DNA of 64,000 bases from Christensenellaceae bacterium (GTDB taxonomy: Bacteria; Bacillota; Clostridia; Christensenellales; Borkfalkiaceae): contig JAZRTI010000020.1 of the NCBI GenBank assembly GCA_045651955.1, positions 9,667-73,666 of the forward strand, given 5' to 3'. Shown here piece by piece: positions 36,583 through 44,347 of this stretch (position 1 is its first letter; each line of letters opens with the position of its first letter). The notes under the pieces were generated by a model, which saw only the letters and a program-made list of their open reading frames with translations, searched no databases and was not told the origin of the DNA. The position numbers and the translations under genes were made by a program.

Positions 36583-36612
36583 TTGTAAATGTTTGTAAAT
36601 GTTTGTAAATGT
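36583..36612. repeat. 3 x 10-bp perfect tandem repeat (ttgtaaatgt)
   Basis: Read directly at 36583-36592, 36593-36602 and 36603-36612. Confidence 0.9.
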
Positions 36613-37270
36613 TTTGGTTGGCTAAGGTTTTTGCGGAGTGGGTTTGTGGGTTTTTGTTTTTTATGCTACGTTATCCAAATCCGAATAGGAATAGATGTTT
36701 TCAAACACTCTTTATGTTTAGCCCCTGTTGGGGTGGTGCTTGTTTATGGTGTTTAATCTTATGTTTTGCCGTTTATTTTACCTATTTTTAACCTTTATTA
36801 TAGGGCTGATGTAGAATTGTTTATTTTTGTAAACCGATTTGGTATTTGGAAAGATGTGCATATTATAAAGTATCTAAAATGGCGCAATTTTTCATGCGTA
36901 AGGCGAAAATTGTGTTCGGCGTGTGATACATGGGCTTTTTGTGGTTTTTTAGTTAAGGGTAGGGGAATCTTTGATGTGGCAAAATCAAATAAAAATGCCT
37001 ATTATGCGTGGCATAGTACTGTACAAATGTTAAAAATTTTGATTTTGGGGCGACTTATTTTGCAAAAATGGCACTTTTGCCTATATTTATGTCTGACATA
37101 ACATATGTGTTGCCGGTGCATTTATTTTGCCGGTTATCGTTTTTTTACCGGTTTTTTCTGTGGTTTCTGTGTTATCTTCGCCTTTTTTGGTCGTTTGATA
37201 TATGTTTGCATGAAAATTCATATGAAAAGCAAAAAATTTTATATATTTGCTTTTCAAAAAGTAATTTTTA

Positions 37271-37279
37271 TGATATAAT
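37271..37279 (+). promoter_or_regulatory. extended -10 element TGaTATAAT upstream of comEA
   Basis: tgatataat occurs at 37271-37279. Confidence 0.4.
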
Positions 37280-37306
37280 TATATCATAACTGTAAATTGT
37301 TGTTTT

Positions 37307-37957
37307 TTGATCGTTGGGGTGTGTAAAAAATTGCTAAGCAAATATGATAACAATACCCATAATGCCCGATTTTTTTCTTGGGGAATTGCATCTGCTTTTG
37401 TTGGTGCGTTTCTAATTTTGGCATTTTCCGTCTTTCTGTATTTTTACCGCACCACGGGGCGTGCATCACAGGGTGGGGAATTGGGGCCATCCTATTGCAA
37501 GGTGTATGTTTACGGCGCCGTTCCTAAGGAAGGGTTTTACGTTGCTAAATACGATTCTACCCGAATTTCCGAATTGGCAGATTTGGCAGACGCGGATTTT
37601 TTTCAGCAGTATTATGCTTATTCGGGCATAAATCCTTCAAAAACCATTCAAAAATCGGAAACACATGTAATTCAAAACCAAGCCTACGGCTTTTTGTTTT
37701 TCCCTCCCGCAAACGGTATTTCTGCATTTGCGTTAGATTCTGTTACGCATGCGCAGCTTATGTCTATGGGGCTGGATGCTGCGGCAGCACAAAGGGTAAT
37801 TGATTATCGCAATGCAGCCGGCTCTGATTTCTCCAAGGCCGATCTTTTAGATTGTTCCGTATTGTCCGAATCGCAATATGAACTTGTATACCGTAATTTA
37901 TATTGTATTCCTAATGGCTTTGAGCAGTTTTTTAGAAAAGAGCAGGGAGGGGTGTGA
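37307..37957 (+). CDS. comEA: ComEA-family DNA-binding protein (TM + SLBB + HhH)
   Basis: It has a TM segment, the SLBB-like VYVYGAVPKEGFYV, and a C-terminal HhH (LDSVTHAQLMSMGLDAAAAQRVIDYR). There is no ATG, so the start is TTG 37307 or TTG 37331. Confidence 0.7.
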   Translation: MIVGVCKKLLSKYDNNTHNARFFSWGIASAFVGAFLILAFSVFLYFYRTTGRASQGGELGPSYCKVYVYGAVPKEGFYVAKYDSTRISELADLADADFFQQYYAYSGINPSKTIQKSETHVIQNQAYGFLFFPPANGISAFALDSVTHAQLMSMGLDAAAAQRVIDYRNAAGSDFSKADLLDCSVLSESQYELVYRNLYCIPNGFEQFFRKEQGGV

Positions 37958-38925
37958 TGCGTTACGTGGATTTTACAAAAAGCGAAGATGCTAAAAGGCA
38001 AACCGCATTGTTCTTTTTTGGGGAAGAAAATTTCTTTCGTGAGCAAGCAATTCAACTGCTTAAAAGCACAAATTTAACTATGGATGGGATTGATTTTGAT
38101 GTTTTTGACGCAAAAACCGTTCCCATTGAAAGTGTTGCCGCCGTATTGCAAACGCCACCGTTTTTGAATCGCCGCAGGGTGGTTGTTCTAAAAGAGTTTT
38201 ATCCCGGCGTAAAAGAATATACCAAAAGTCCAATTGCGCTGTTTGCAAAAACGGAACAAAATTTTTCGGTTTTGGCAGTTGTGAACGAAAAACCTTGCGA
38301 GGCTATCGCGAACGATTCTTATTTTCTGCCTGTTGACTGCGGTAGGGAGGGGGATTCCTATCTTGCCTTTTATGCCCGAGAAACGCTTGGTAAGCGAAAC
38401 GTGGAAATTTCTTCTATCGCGGCGGCTGCCTTGGCTGAATCTTGCGCGGGTAGCATGACGCGCTTATCTGTGGAAATTGATAAACTTACCGCATTTGCTC
38501 AGGGTGTGGGGAAAGTTGAAAAAGAGGATGTTTTTTCCTTAGTTCACCGCGAAGTGGAAACACAAGTGTTTGATTTAACAGATGCGCTTGCATTAAAAAA
38601 CACCGCAAAAACCTTGTATATTTTGGACGCCCTAATTAAAAACAATGAAAAGCCACAAATGATTTTTGTTGCCGTGTATAACGCTTTTCGCCGCATGTTG
38701 CATGTTTCTCTATCCGAAAAATCAGATAAGGAACTTGCGCAGGATTTGGGTGTAAAAAGTGAATATGCAATTAGAAAAAGCCGTCAGGCGGCCAGGGCTT
38801 TTTCTAAAAGAAACCTAAAAAAGATTTGTGATAAATTTTGCGAAAGTGATGCAAAAATGAAGTCGGGCGGGTTGGTTGCTGACGGAGTTTTGTATGATTG
38901 TATTTATTACGTTTTATCTTTATAA
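37954..38925 (+). CDS. holA: DNA polymerase III subunit delta
   Basis: It is 323 aa with a HolA-like N-terminus (FFFGEENFFREQAI). The synteny after comEA matches Firmicutes. An ATGA overlap joins it to comEA. Confidence 0.75.
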   Translation: MMRYVDFTKSEDAKRQTALFFFGEENFFREQAIQLLKSTNLTMDGIDFDVFDAKTVPIESVAAVLQTPPFLNRRRVVVLKEFYPGVKEYTKSPIALFAKTEQNFSVLAVVNEKPCEAIANDSYFLPVDCGREGDSYLAFYARETLGKRNVEISSIAAAALAESCAGSMTRLSVEIDKLTAFAQGVGKVEKEDVFSLVHREVETQVFDLTDALALKNTAKTLYILDALIKNNEKPQMIFVAVYNAFRRMLHVSLSEKSDKELAQDLGVKSEYAIRKSRQAARAFSKRNLKKICDKFCESDAKMKSGGLVADGVLYDCIYYVLSL

Positions 38926-38956
38926 TGATAATCAAGCAATAAATTAAGGAGAGGGT

Positions 38957-39757
38957 ATGGAAAAAGTAAAGGAGACATTCGCAAATATCCAAGCATTTGA
39001 CGTAATCATGCTTTTGCTTGCGTTTTTATTGACGTACGCGGTTTTTTCGTTTTTGAAAGCAAATAAAGCGCGGTTGGTTGTTTGGGTTTATGCGGGTATG
39101 GTTGTGCTTGCTGCCTGCGTAATTTTTGTTCGTGGGTATCACGGGATGTGGATGTTGTCCGTTCCCGTACTGTTTTTACTGTTGCTTGTTCCTATGTTTT
39201 CTTTGGAAATAAAGCGCATGCTGTGGAGTGGTAAAATTGTATCCAAAAATCACGAAGAAAAAATTAACGATAAGCAAATAGAGCGGAGTATCAACGAAAT
39301 TATCCGCGCTGTTCAAAATATGTCCAAGCAGGACGTGGGTGCATTGCTTATTCTGGCGACCTCTCCCGTTCCCAGTTCCATTACGGAAAGTGGTACGGTG
39401 ATAAACAGCGACGTTACCTCCCAACTGATTGAAAGCATCTTTTTTCCCAATACGCCCTTGCATGACGGGGCAATGATTATACGGGGTATTACGATTGAAT
39501 CTGCAGGATGCTTTTTGCCCCTTTCCCAGGAATTGAACTTGCCGCAAGAACTTGGCACTCGCCACCGCGCCGGGATAGGCATTACCGAAACGGTGGACGT
39601 AATTTCCATTATTGTTTCGGAAGAATCGGGTATTATTTCCATGGCGAGAAAGGGAGAGTTAAAGCGCTATTTGAACACCGAAAGTTTGCGCACGATTTTA
39701 TTTGAATATTACCGCAATATGTACGGAAAGGCAAAGGAGGGAAAAAATGACGAGTAA
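38957..39757 (+). CDS. cdaA: diadenylate cyclase CdaA
   Basis: It has three N-terminal TM segments and a DAC domain with GALLILA, PLHDGAMII, LGTRHRAGIGITE and IIVSEESG. Confidence 0.9.
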   Translation: MEKVKETFANIQAFDVIMLLLAFLLTYAVFSFLKANKARLVVWVYAGMVVLAACVIFVRGYHGMWMLSVPVLFLLLLVPMFSLEIKRMLWSGKIVSKNHEEKINDKQIERSINEIIRAVQNMSKQDVGALLILATSPVPSSITESGTVINSDVTSQLIESIFFPNTPLHDGAMIIRGITIESAGCFLPLSQELNLPQELGTRHRAGIGITETVDVISIIVSEESGIISMARKGELKRYLNTESLRTILFEYYRNMYGKAKEGKNDE

Positions 39758-39860
39758 GAAAATTAAAAGCATATTAAAAGTTGTTTTTGTAAAAAATTTT
39801 GAATTAAAAATTACGGCATTCCTTTTAACACTTTTCACTTTTATTGCAATGCACTTTTAA
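39747..39860 (+). CDS. 37-aa ORF resembling only the N-terminal TM anchor of CdaR (YbbR); possibly a truncated cdaR
   Basis: MTSKKIKSILKVVFVKNFELKITAFLLTLFTFIAMHF sits in the position and overlap normally occupied by cdaR. AAGGAGGG lies at 39734-39741. No YbbR repeats follow. Confidence 0.4.
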   Translation: MTSKKIKSILKVVFVKNFELKITAFLLTLFTFIAMHF

Positions 39861-39869
39861 GGAGAGAAT

Positions 39870-41105
39870 ATGAAAAACATTGTAAAAGTTCCCGAATTTA
39901 TGCTTCCACAAGGGGTGGATTTATCCAAATGGGCAGTAATTGCTTGCGATCAGTTTACCTCTCAACGTGATTATTGGAAGAATGTAGAAGATGTGGTGGG
40001 GGATTCTCCCAGCACGTTGCGTTTGATTTTTCCTGAAGTGTATTTGGGGGAAGATGATGCGGAAAGAATTAAAAAAATCGGCGAAATGGCGAATGTGTAT
40101 TTTTCTAAAGGTGTTTTGGGGAAATCTACAACCGGTTTTGTTTTGATTGAGCGGACAACCCCCTATGCAGAAAAGCGTTTAGGGCTTTTGATTTGTGTGG
40201 ATTTAGAGGCATATTCGTATAAAAAAGAGGATTTAGCCCCCATTCGCGCAACCGAGGCAACCATTGCCGAGCGTATTCCACCGCGTGTGATTATTCGTAA
40301 AGGATCCCCTGTGGAATTGCCCCATATTCTGCTTTTAATGGATGATGAAAAGCGCAGCGTAATTGAGCCACTTTATGAAAAACGGGCACAATTTGAAAAA
40401 TTGTACGATTTTGATTTGATGGCAAACGGCGGACATCTTCGCGGTTATTTAATCCCCGAAAGTGAACCGGTTTTGGAAAATCTGTATGCGTTGGTTACGC
40501 CGCAAAGAATGAAAAATAAGTACGGGGACGAAACCCCCTTCCTATTTGCGGTGGGGGATGGCAACCATTCCTTGGCTACGGCAAAAACCTGCTGGGAGGA
40601 TATGAAAACAACCCTTTCTGAAGAAGAAAAAGAAACACACCCTGCACGCTTTGCCCTTTGCGAGCTGGAAAACATCTACGATGAAGGTTTGTGTTTTGAG
40701 CCTATTCACCGCCTGGTTTTAGGGGTGGATGTGGCAGATTTTTGTAAAGAGTTTGATGCGATAGAATCTCCCTATCGCATGGTAACGAAGGATGGGGTAA
40801 AAACGGTTGCTCTTTCTTCGGACTTGGCAGGTTCTATCCGCGTTTTGGATGAAAAGATTGCAAAATACTTACAATCGCATGGCGGAAAAGTGGACTATGT
40901 GCATGGAGATGACGACGTTATATCGCTTGCGCAGCAAAACGGAGGCGTTGCCTTTTTACTACCTAAAATGGACAAAGGTGATTTGTTTGTAGGGGTGGCA
41001 AAACACGGCAATTTACCAAAGAAAACCTTTTCTATGGGAGAGGCAATTGAAAAACGGTATTACCTTGAAGCGAAAAAAATCGTTTTAAGTAAAAATAACA
41101 AATGA
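39870..41105 (+). CDS. DUF1015-family protein
   Basis: It is 411 aa with FAVGDGNHSLATAK and IHRLV motifs resembling DUF1015. The assignment is from memory. Confidence 0.55.
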   Translation: MKNIVKVPEFMLPQGVDLSKWAVIACDQFTSQRDYWKNVEDVVGDSPSTLRLIFPEVYLGEDDAERIKKIGEMANVYFSKGVLGKSTTGFVLIERTTPYAEKRLGLLICVDLEAYSYKKEDLAPIRATEATIAERIPPRVIIRKGSPVELPHILLLMDDEKRSVIEPLYEKRAQFEKLYDFDLMANGGHLRGYLIPESEPVLENLYALVTPQRMKNKYGDETPFLFAVGDGNHSLATAKTCWEDMKTTLSEEEKETHPARFALCELENIYDEGLCFEPIHRLVLGVDVADFCKEFDAIESPYRMVTKDGVKTVALSSDLAGSIRVLDEKIAKYLQSHGGKVDYVHGDDDVISLAQQNGGVAFLLPKMDKGDLFVGVAKHGNLPKKTFSMGEAIEKRYYLEAKKIVLSKNNK

Positions 41106-41126
41106 CGGATAAAAGGTGGCGTGATT

Positions 41127-42449
41127 ATGAAAAAATTAATTGTATGTAAATTTGGCGGAACTTCCATGGCGGATTCCAAAACGGTTGCGCAATGCGCATC
41201 CATTATCAAGTCGGACAGTCGCAGAAAATTTATCGTTGTTTCTGCACCGGGGAAAAGTAATTTTGAACCCATGAAGGTTACGGATGCTTTAATTGCTTGC
41301 TATAAGGAGGCAAAGGAAACGGGCTCCTGCGCTAACGCATTCCATCACGTTCGCGAACGCTTTGAAAGAATGGTGAAAGAATTAAATGTGGATTTGGATA
41401 TTACTTCTGAATTGGATGCGGTAGAAAAGGGGATTAACGAGCATACCGAAACTTTAGACTATGCAGCTTCGCGTGGGGAATATCTTTCCGCAAAACTGTT
41501 TGCAAAAGTGTTGGATTTGCCCTTTGTGGATGCTGCAGAGTTTGTATATTTTGATAAACACGGTAATTTTGATGCGGAATATACCAACGATAAGTGCCGT
41601 GAAGTGCTTGGGAAGTATGACGGGGCAGTAATCCCCGGTTTTTATGGCGTAAAGCGTAACGGTGAAATTACTACGTTCTCCCGTGGGGGAAGTGATATTT
41701 CCGGTTCTATTGTTGCTCGCGGTGTTTCTGCGGATTTGTATGAAAACTGGACGGATGTAAACGGATTTTTGGTTGCAGACCCCAGAATTGTAGATGCGCC
41801 CCAAAAAATTGAAGAGCTTTCCTATAAAGAACTGCGCGAACTTTCGTATATGGGTGCTTCCGTATTACATGCGGATGCAATTTTCCCCGTAAAAAAGGCA
41901 GGGATTCCCATCAATATTCGCAACACTTTTGAACCCGAAAATCCGGGAACCATGATTGTTCCCAACAACGAATACCACAACGGCAAAGTGGTTACCGGTA
42001 TTGCCGGCAAAAAGAATTTCAGCGTTATTTTGATTGCAAAATCTATGATGAATACGCAGCTTGGTTTTGCGCGCCGTATTCTTTCGGTTTTGGAATATCA
42101 TGAAATGCCGTATGAGCACATGCCTTCGGGTATTGATACCTTGTCTGTAATTTTAGATACAACGGGCAGAACCAATGAGGAGTTGGAAGATATTGTTCGT
42201 GAAATTTCTTCTGCTGTACAACCCGATAGCATTTCTGTTATTGACAAAATTGCACTGGTTGCAACGGTAGGGCATGGAATGTTCAAAAAGGTGGGAACTG
42301 CAGCAAGGTTGTTTACGGCACTGGCAAGAAATAACGTAAATATCCGTATGATTGATCAGGGGTCTTCCGAACTGAATATTATTATCGGCGTTTCTAACGA
42401 CGATTATGAAACCTGTATTCGCGCCATTTACGAAGAATTTTTCTTGTAA
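41127..42449 (+). CDS. aspartate kinase
   Basis: It has VCKFGGTSMAD and C-terminal ACT domains. Confidence 0.85.
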   Translation: MKKLIVCKFGGTSMADSKTVAQCASIIKSDSRRKFIVVSAPGKSNFEPMKVTDALIACYKEAKETGSCANAFHHVRERFERMVKELNVDLDITSELDAVEKGINEHTETLDYAASRGEYLSAKLFAKVLDLPFVDAAEFVYFDKHGNFDAEYTNDKCREVLGKYDGAVIPGFYGVKRNGEITTFSRGGSDISGSIVARGVSADLYENWTDVNGFLVADPRIVDAPQKIEELSYKELRELSYMGASVLHADAIFPVKKAGIPINIRNTFEPENPGTMIVPNNEYHNGKVVTGIAGKKNFSVILIAKSMMNTQLGFARRILSVLEYHEMPYEHMPSGIDTLSVILDTTGRTNEELEDIVREISSAVQPDSISVIDKIALVATVGHGMFKKVGTAARLFTALARNNVNIRMIDQGSSELNIIIGVSNDDYETCIRAIYEEFFL

Positions 42450-42461
42450 AACCTTATAAAT

Positions 42462-42490
42462 TAAAAAATCGCCCCTTTGGGGCGATTTTT
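42462..42490. terminator. bidirectional rho-independent terminator
   Basis: The stem aatcgcccc/ggggcgatt is flanked by an A-run and a T-run. It lies between the convergent aspartokinase and mgtE genes. Confidence 0.85.
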
Positions 42491-42496
42491 TATGCT

Positions 42497-43891
42497 TTAA
42501 GCAATTCCTGCAAGAAGTTGCATTGCGATAAAGCAATAGATCAGTAGGGATAGAACGTCAACAATGGTTGTAATAAAGGGGTTTGCAACAACTGCCGGGT
42601 CCAAACGGCAAACTTTTGCAAGTAGGGGAAGGATGCATCCAACCAATTTTGCCAGAATGATTGTTGCCAACATGGTTAAACAGATAACAAAAGCAATCAG
42701 CATGCCGTTGGGTACGGCGTGTAATTTATCAATTAAAAGCAGTTTTCCAAAGCAGGCAATACTGATAGTTACGCCAAGTAGAAGGGAAACGCGTAATTCC
42801 TTCCATATAACCTTAAAAATATCCCGAAACTCTACTTCTCCAAGCGCAATGCTGCGGATAATGGTTACCGAGGCCTGGCTGCCGGCGTTTCCGCCCGTAC
42901 CCATAATCATTGGTATACAGGCTGTAAGGGTGATGGAAACAGCAAGCGTGGCTTCGTAACTGGAGATAATCATTCCGGTAAACGTTGCGGAAATCATTAA
43001 AATTAGTAGCCATGGAACGCGATTTCTAAACAGGCTCCATACGGACGTTTTTAGGTAAGTTGCATCTGTGGGGGAGGTACCTGCTAGTTTCAGGAAGTCT
43101 TCTTCGTTTTCGTCTTGAATAACCTCAATTGCGTCATCGTAGGTGATGATGCCAACAAGGCGTTCTTCTTGGTCTAATACCGGCAATGCCATAAAGCCGT
43201 ATTTTCCAAGCGTTTGTGCTGCCTCTTCTTTATCCGTTAAGGTAGTTACCGAAACGACATTTGTTTCCATCAAATCCGAAATTAAGGTGTTTTGGTCTGC
43301 TAAAAGCAGATTTTTTACCGTGCAAAGTCCCAAAAGTTTGCTGCCGCTATCTACTACGTAGCAGTTGTATACCGTTTCTTTATCCACGCCAACCTTTCGG
43401 ATGCGGGCAAATGCTTCGGCAACGGTCATTGTTTCCCGAAGGCTGACGTATTCAATGGTCATCACGCTGCCGGCGCTGTCTTCGGGATATTTTAGAATTT
43501 TGTTAATCATAATCCTCATTTCGGGGGAGGATTGGCGCATAATTCTGCGAACGACGTTTGCGGGCATTTCTTCAATAATGTCTACCGTATCGTCAAGAAA
43601 GATGTTTTGCAACACTTCTTCCAGTTCTTTATCGCTAAATGCCTGGATTAAAAGTTCCTGCGCATCGCTATCCATTTCAACGAATACGTCTGCTGCCGTT
43701 TCTTTGGAAAGTAAGCGGAATGCGATTAAAAAATCTTCCTTATTTACGTCGTGTTGAATTTCAAGTAGTAATTCTGCGATGTCGGGCGGTAGCATTTCGC
43801 CCAACATTTGTTTTAGTGTTTGATATTTTTTTTCAACGATAAGTTTGGTAACTTCTTCTACCAAATTTACGTTTTCTTCCATATTTTCCAT
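42497..43891 (-). CDS. mgtE: magnesium transporter MgtE
   Basis: It has the MgtE N-domain, a CBS pair and a TM domain with GTGGNAGSQ. Confidence 0.95.
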   Translation of the reverse strand: MENMEENVNLVEEVTKLIVEKKYQTLKQMLGEMLPPDIAELLLEIQHDVNKEDFLIAFRLLSKETAADVFVEMDSDAQELLIQAFSDKELEEVLQNIFLDDTVDIIEEMPANVVRRIMRQSSPEMRIMINKILKYPEDSAGSVMTIEYVSLRETMTVAEAFARIRKVGVDKETVYNCYVVDSGSKLLGLCTVKNLLLADQNTLISDLMETNVVSVTTLTDKEEAAQTLGKYGFMALPVLDQEERLVGIITYDDAIEVIQDENEEDFLKLAGTSPTDATYLKTSVWSLFRNRVPWLLILMISATFTGMIISSYEATLAVSITLTACIPMIMGTGGNAGSQASVTIIRSIALGEVEFRDIFKVIWKELRVSLLLGVTISIACFGKLLLIDKLHAVPNGMLIAFVICLTMLATIILAKLVGCILPLLAKVCRLDPAVVANPFITTIVDVLSLLIYCFIAMQLLAGIA

Positions 43892-44060
43892 GTTTTACGC
43901 CTCCTTTTCTTATTTTAGAAGGCTCAGGGACCAAAAAATTACCGAGAAACGCATAAAACGACAAGGCTTAAACGTTTCCCGATGCTTCGGTGTGGTGAGC
44001 CGGTATTATGACAATTAGGACTGCCGTCTTCCATAAGAAACGTTCTCCTTTCGTTTATTT

Positions 44061-44092
44061 ATAAAGAAAACCCTGCCAAATGCTTGGTAGGG
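44061..44092 (-). terminator. M-box expression-platform terminator
   Basis: The minus strand reads ccctaccaagcatttggcaggg followed by ttttcttt. Confidence 0.65.
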
Positions 44093-44094
44093 TA

Positions 44095-44258
44095 AAATAC
44101 ACACGTATAACACCATCCAAGCTTTAGCTTCGCCGGGCGGTGCAGTTGCGTTAAACCGGGCCTTGAATCGACCGAGTCTGTTAACCGCAATAACCGTGTC
44201 TCCACAATTATTCGGCAGCAACCCATATCCCTGCGGTAGCCTTACCTACTGGAATTAT
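44095..44258 (-). promoter_or_regulatory. M-box (ykoK leader) Mg2+ riboswitch
   Basis: The minus strand contains AGGTAAGGCTACC, TTGCTGCCG, GTTAACAG and AGCTAAAGCTT in the order of the conserved M-box segments (Rfam RF00380), as remembered from the B. subtilis mgtE leader. It lies upstream of mgtE. Confidence 0.8.
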
Positions 44259-44274
44259 TTTCTCTATGTTACAT

Positions 44275-44303
44275 ATTATAGTATCTTTTTTGCGGTTTGT
44301 CAA
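44275..44303 (-). promoter_or_regulatory. consensus promoter TTGACA-17-TATAAT driving M-box/mgtE
   Basis: On the minus strand, TTGACA corresponds to plus-strand 44298-44303 and TATAAT to plus-strand 44275-44280. Confidence 0.7.
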
Positions 44304-44347
44304 CGATATTAAAAAACTTTTATAAGAATATGCGGATTTCCTTATTT

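Larger units (their letters stand above)
34660..37270. mobile_element. decayed mobile-element (phage/ICE) relic
   Basis: It contains a fragmentary polyvalent-protein-like gene plus about 0.9 kb with no ORF of 60 aa or more on the minus strand. Iteron-like repeats are present. No recombinase was found. Confidence 0.4.

Noticed and set aside
36583-36612. Tandem ttgtaaatgt repeats as a possible CRISPR array
   Set aside because: There are only three contiguous 10-bp units with no spacers and no cas genes. This is a simple tandem repeat.
37083-37099. Shared motif tgtctgaca(t) at 37090-37099 and 59376-59385, with a variant at 58489-58497, as a possible transcription-factor site
   Set aside because: There are only two exact 9-10 nt copies in 64 kb of AT-rich intergenic DNA. 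The spacing to promoters is not consistent, so the evidence is insufficient.
36609-37289. Three + strand ORFs (60, 111 and 73 aa) in the relic region
   Set aside because: Their translations are dominated by F, L, C and W because of GT-rich DNA. They have no RBS and overlap each other in different frames.
44015-44221. 68-aa minus ORF upstream of mgtE
   Set aside because: It lies inside the M-box riboswitch and its terminator. The region is better explained as structured RNA.
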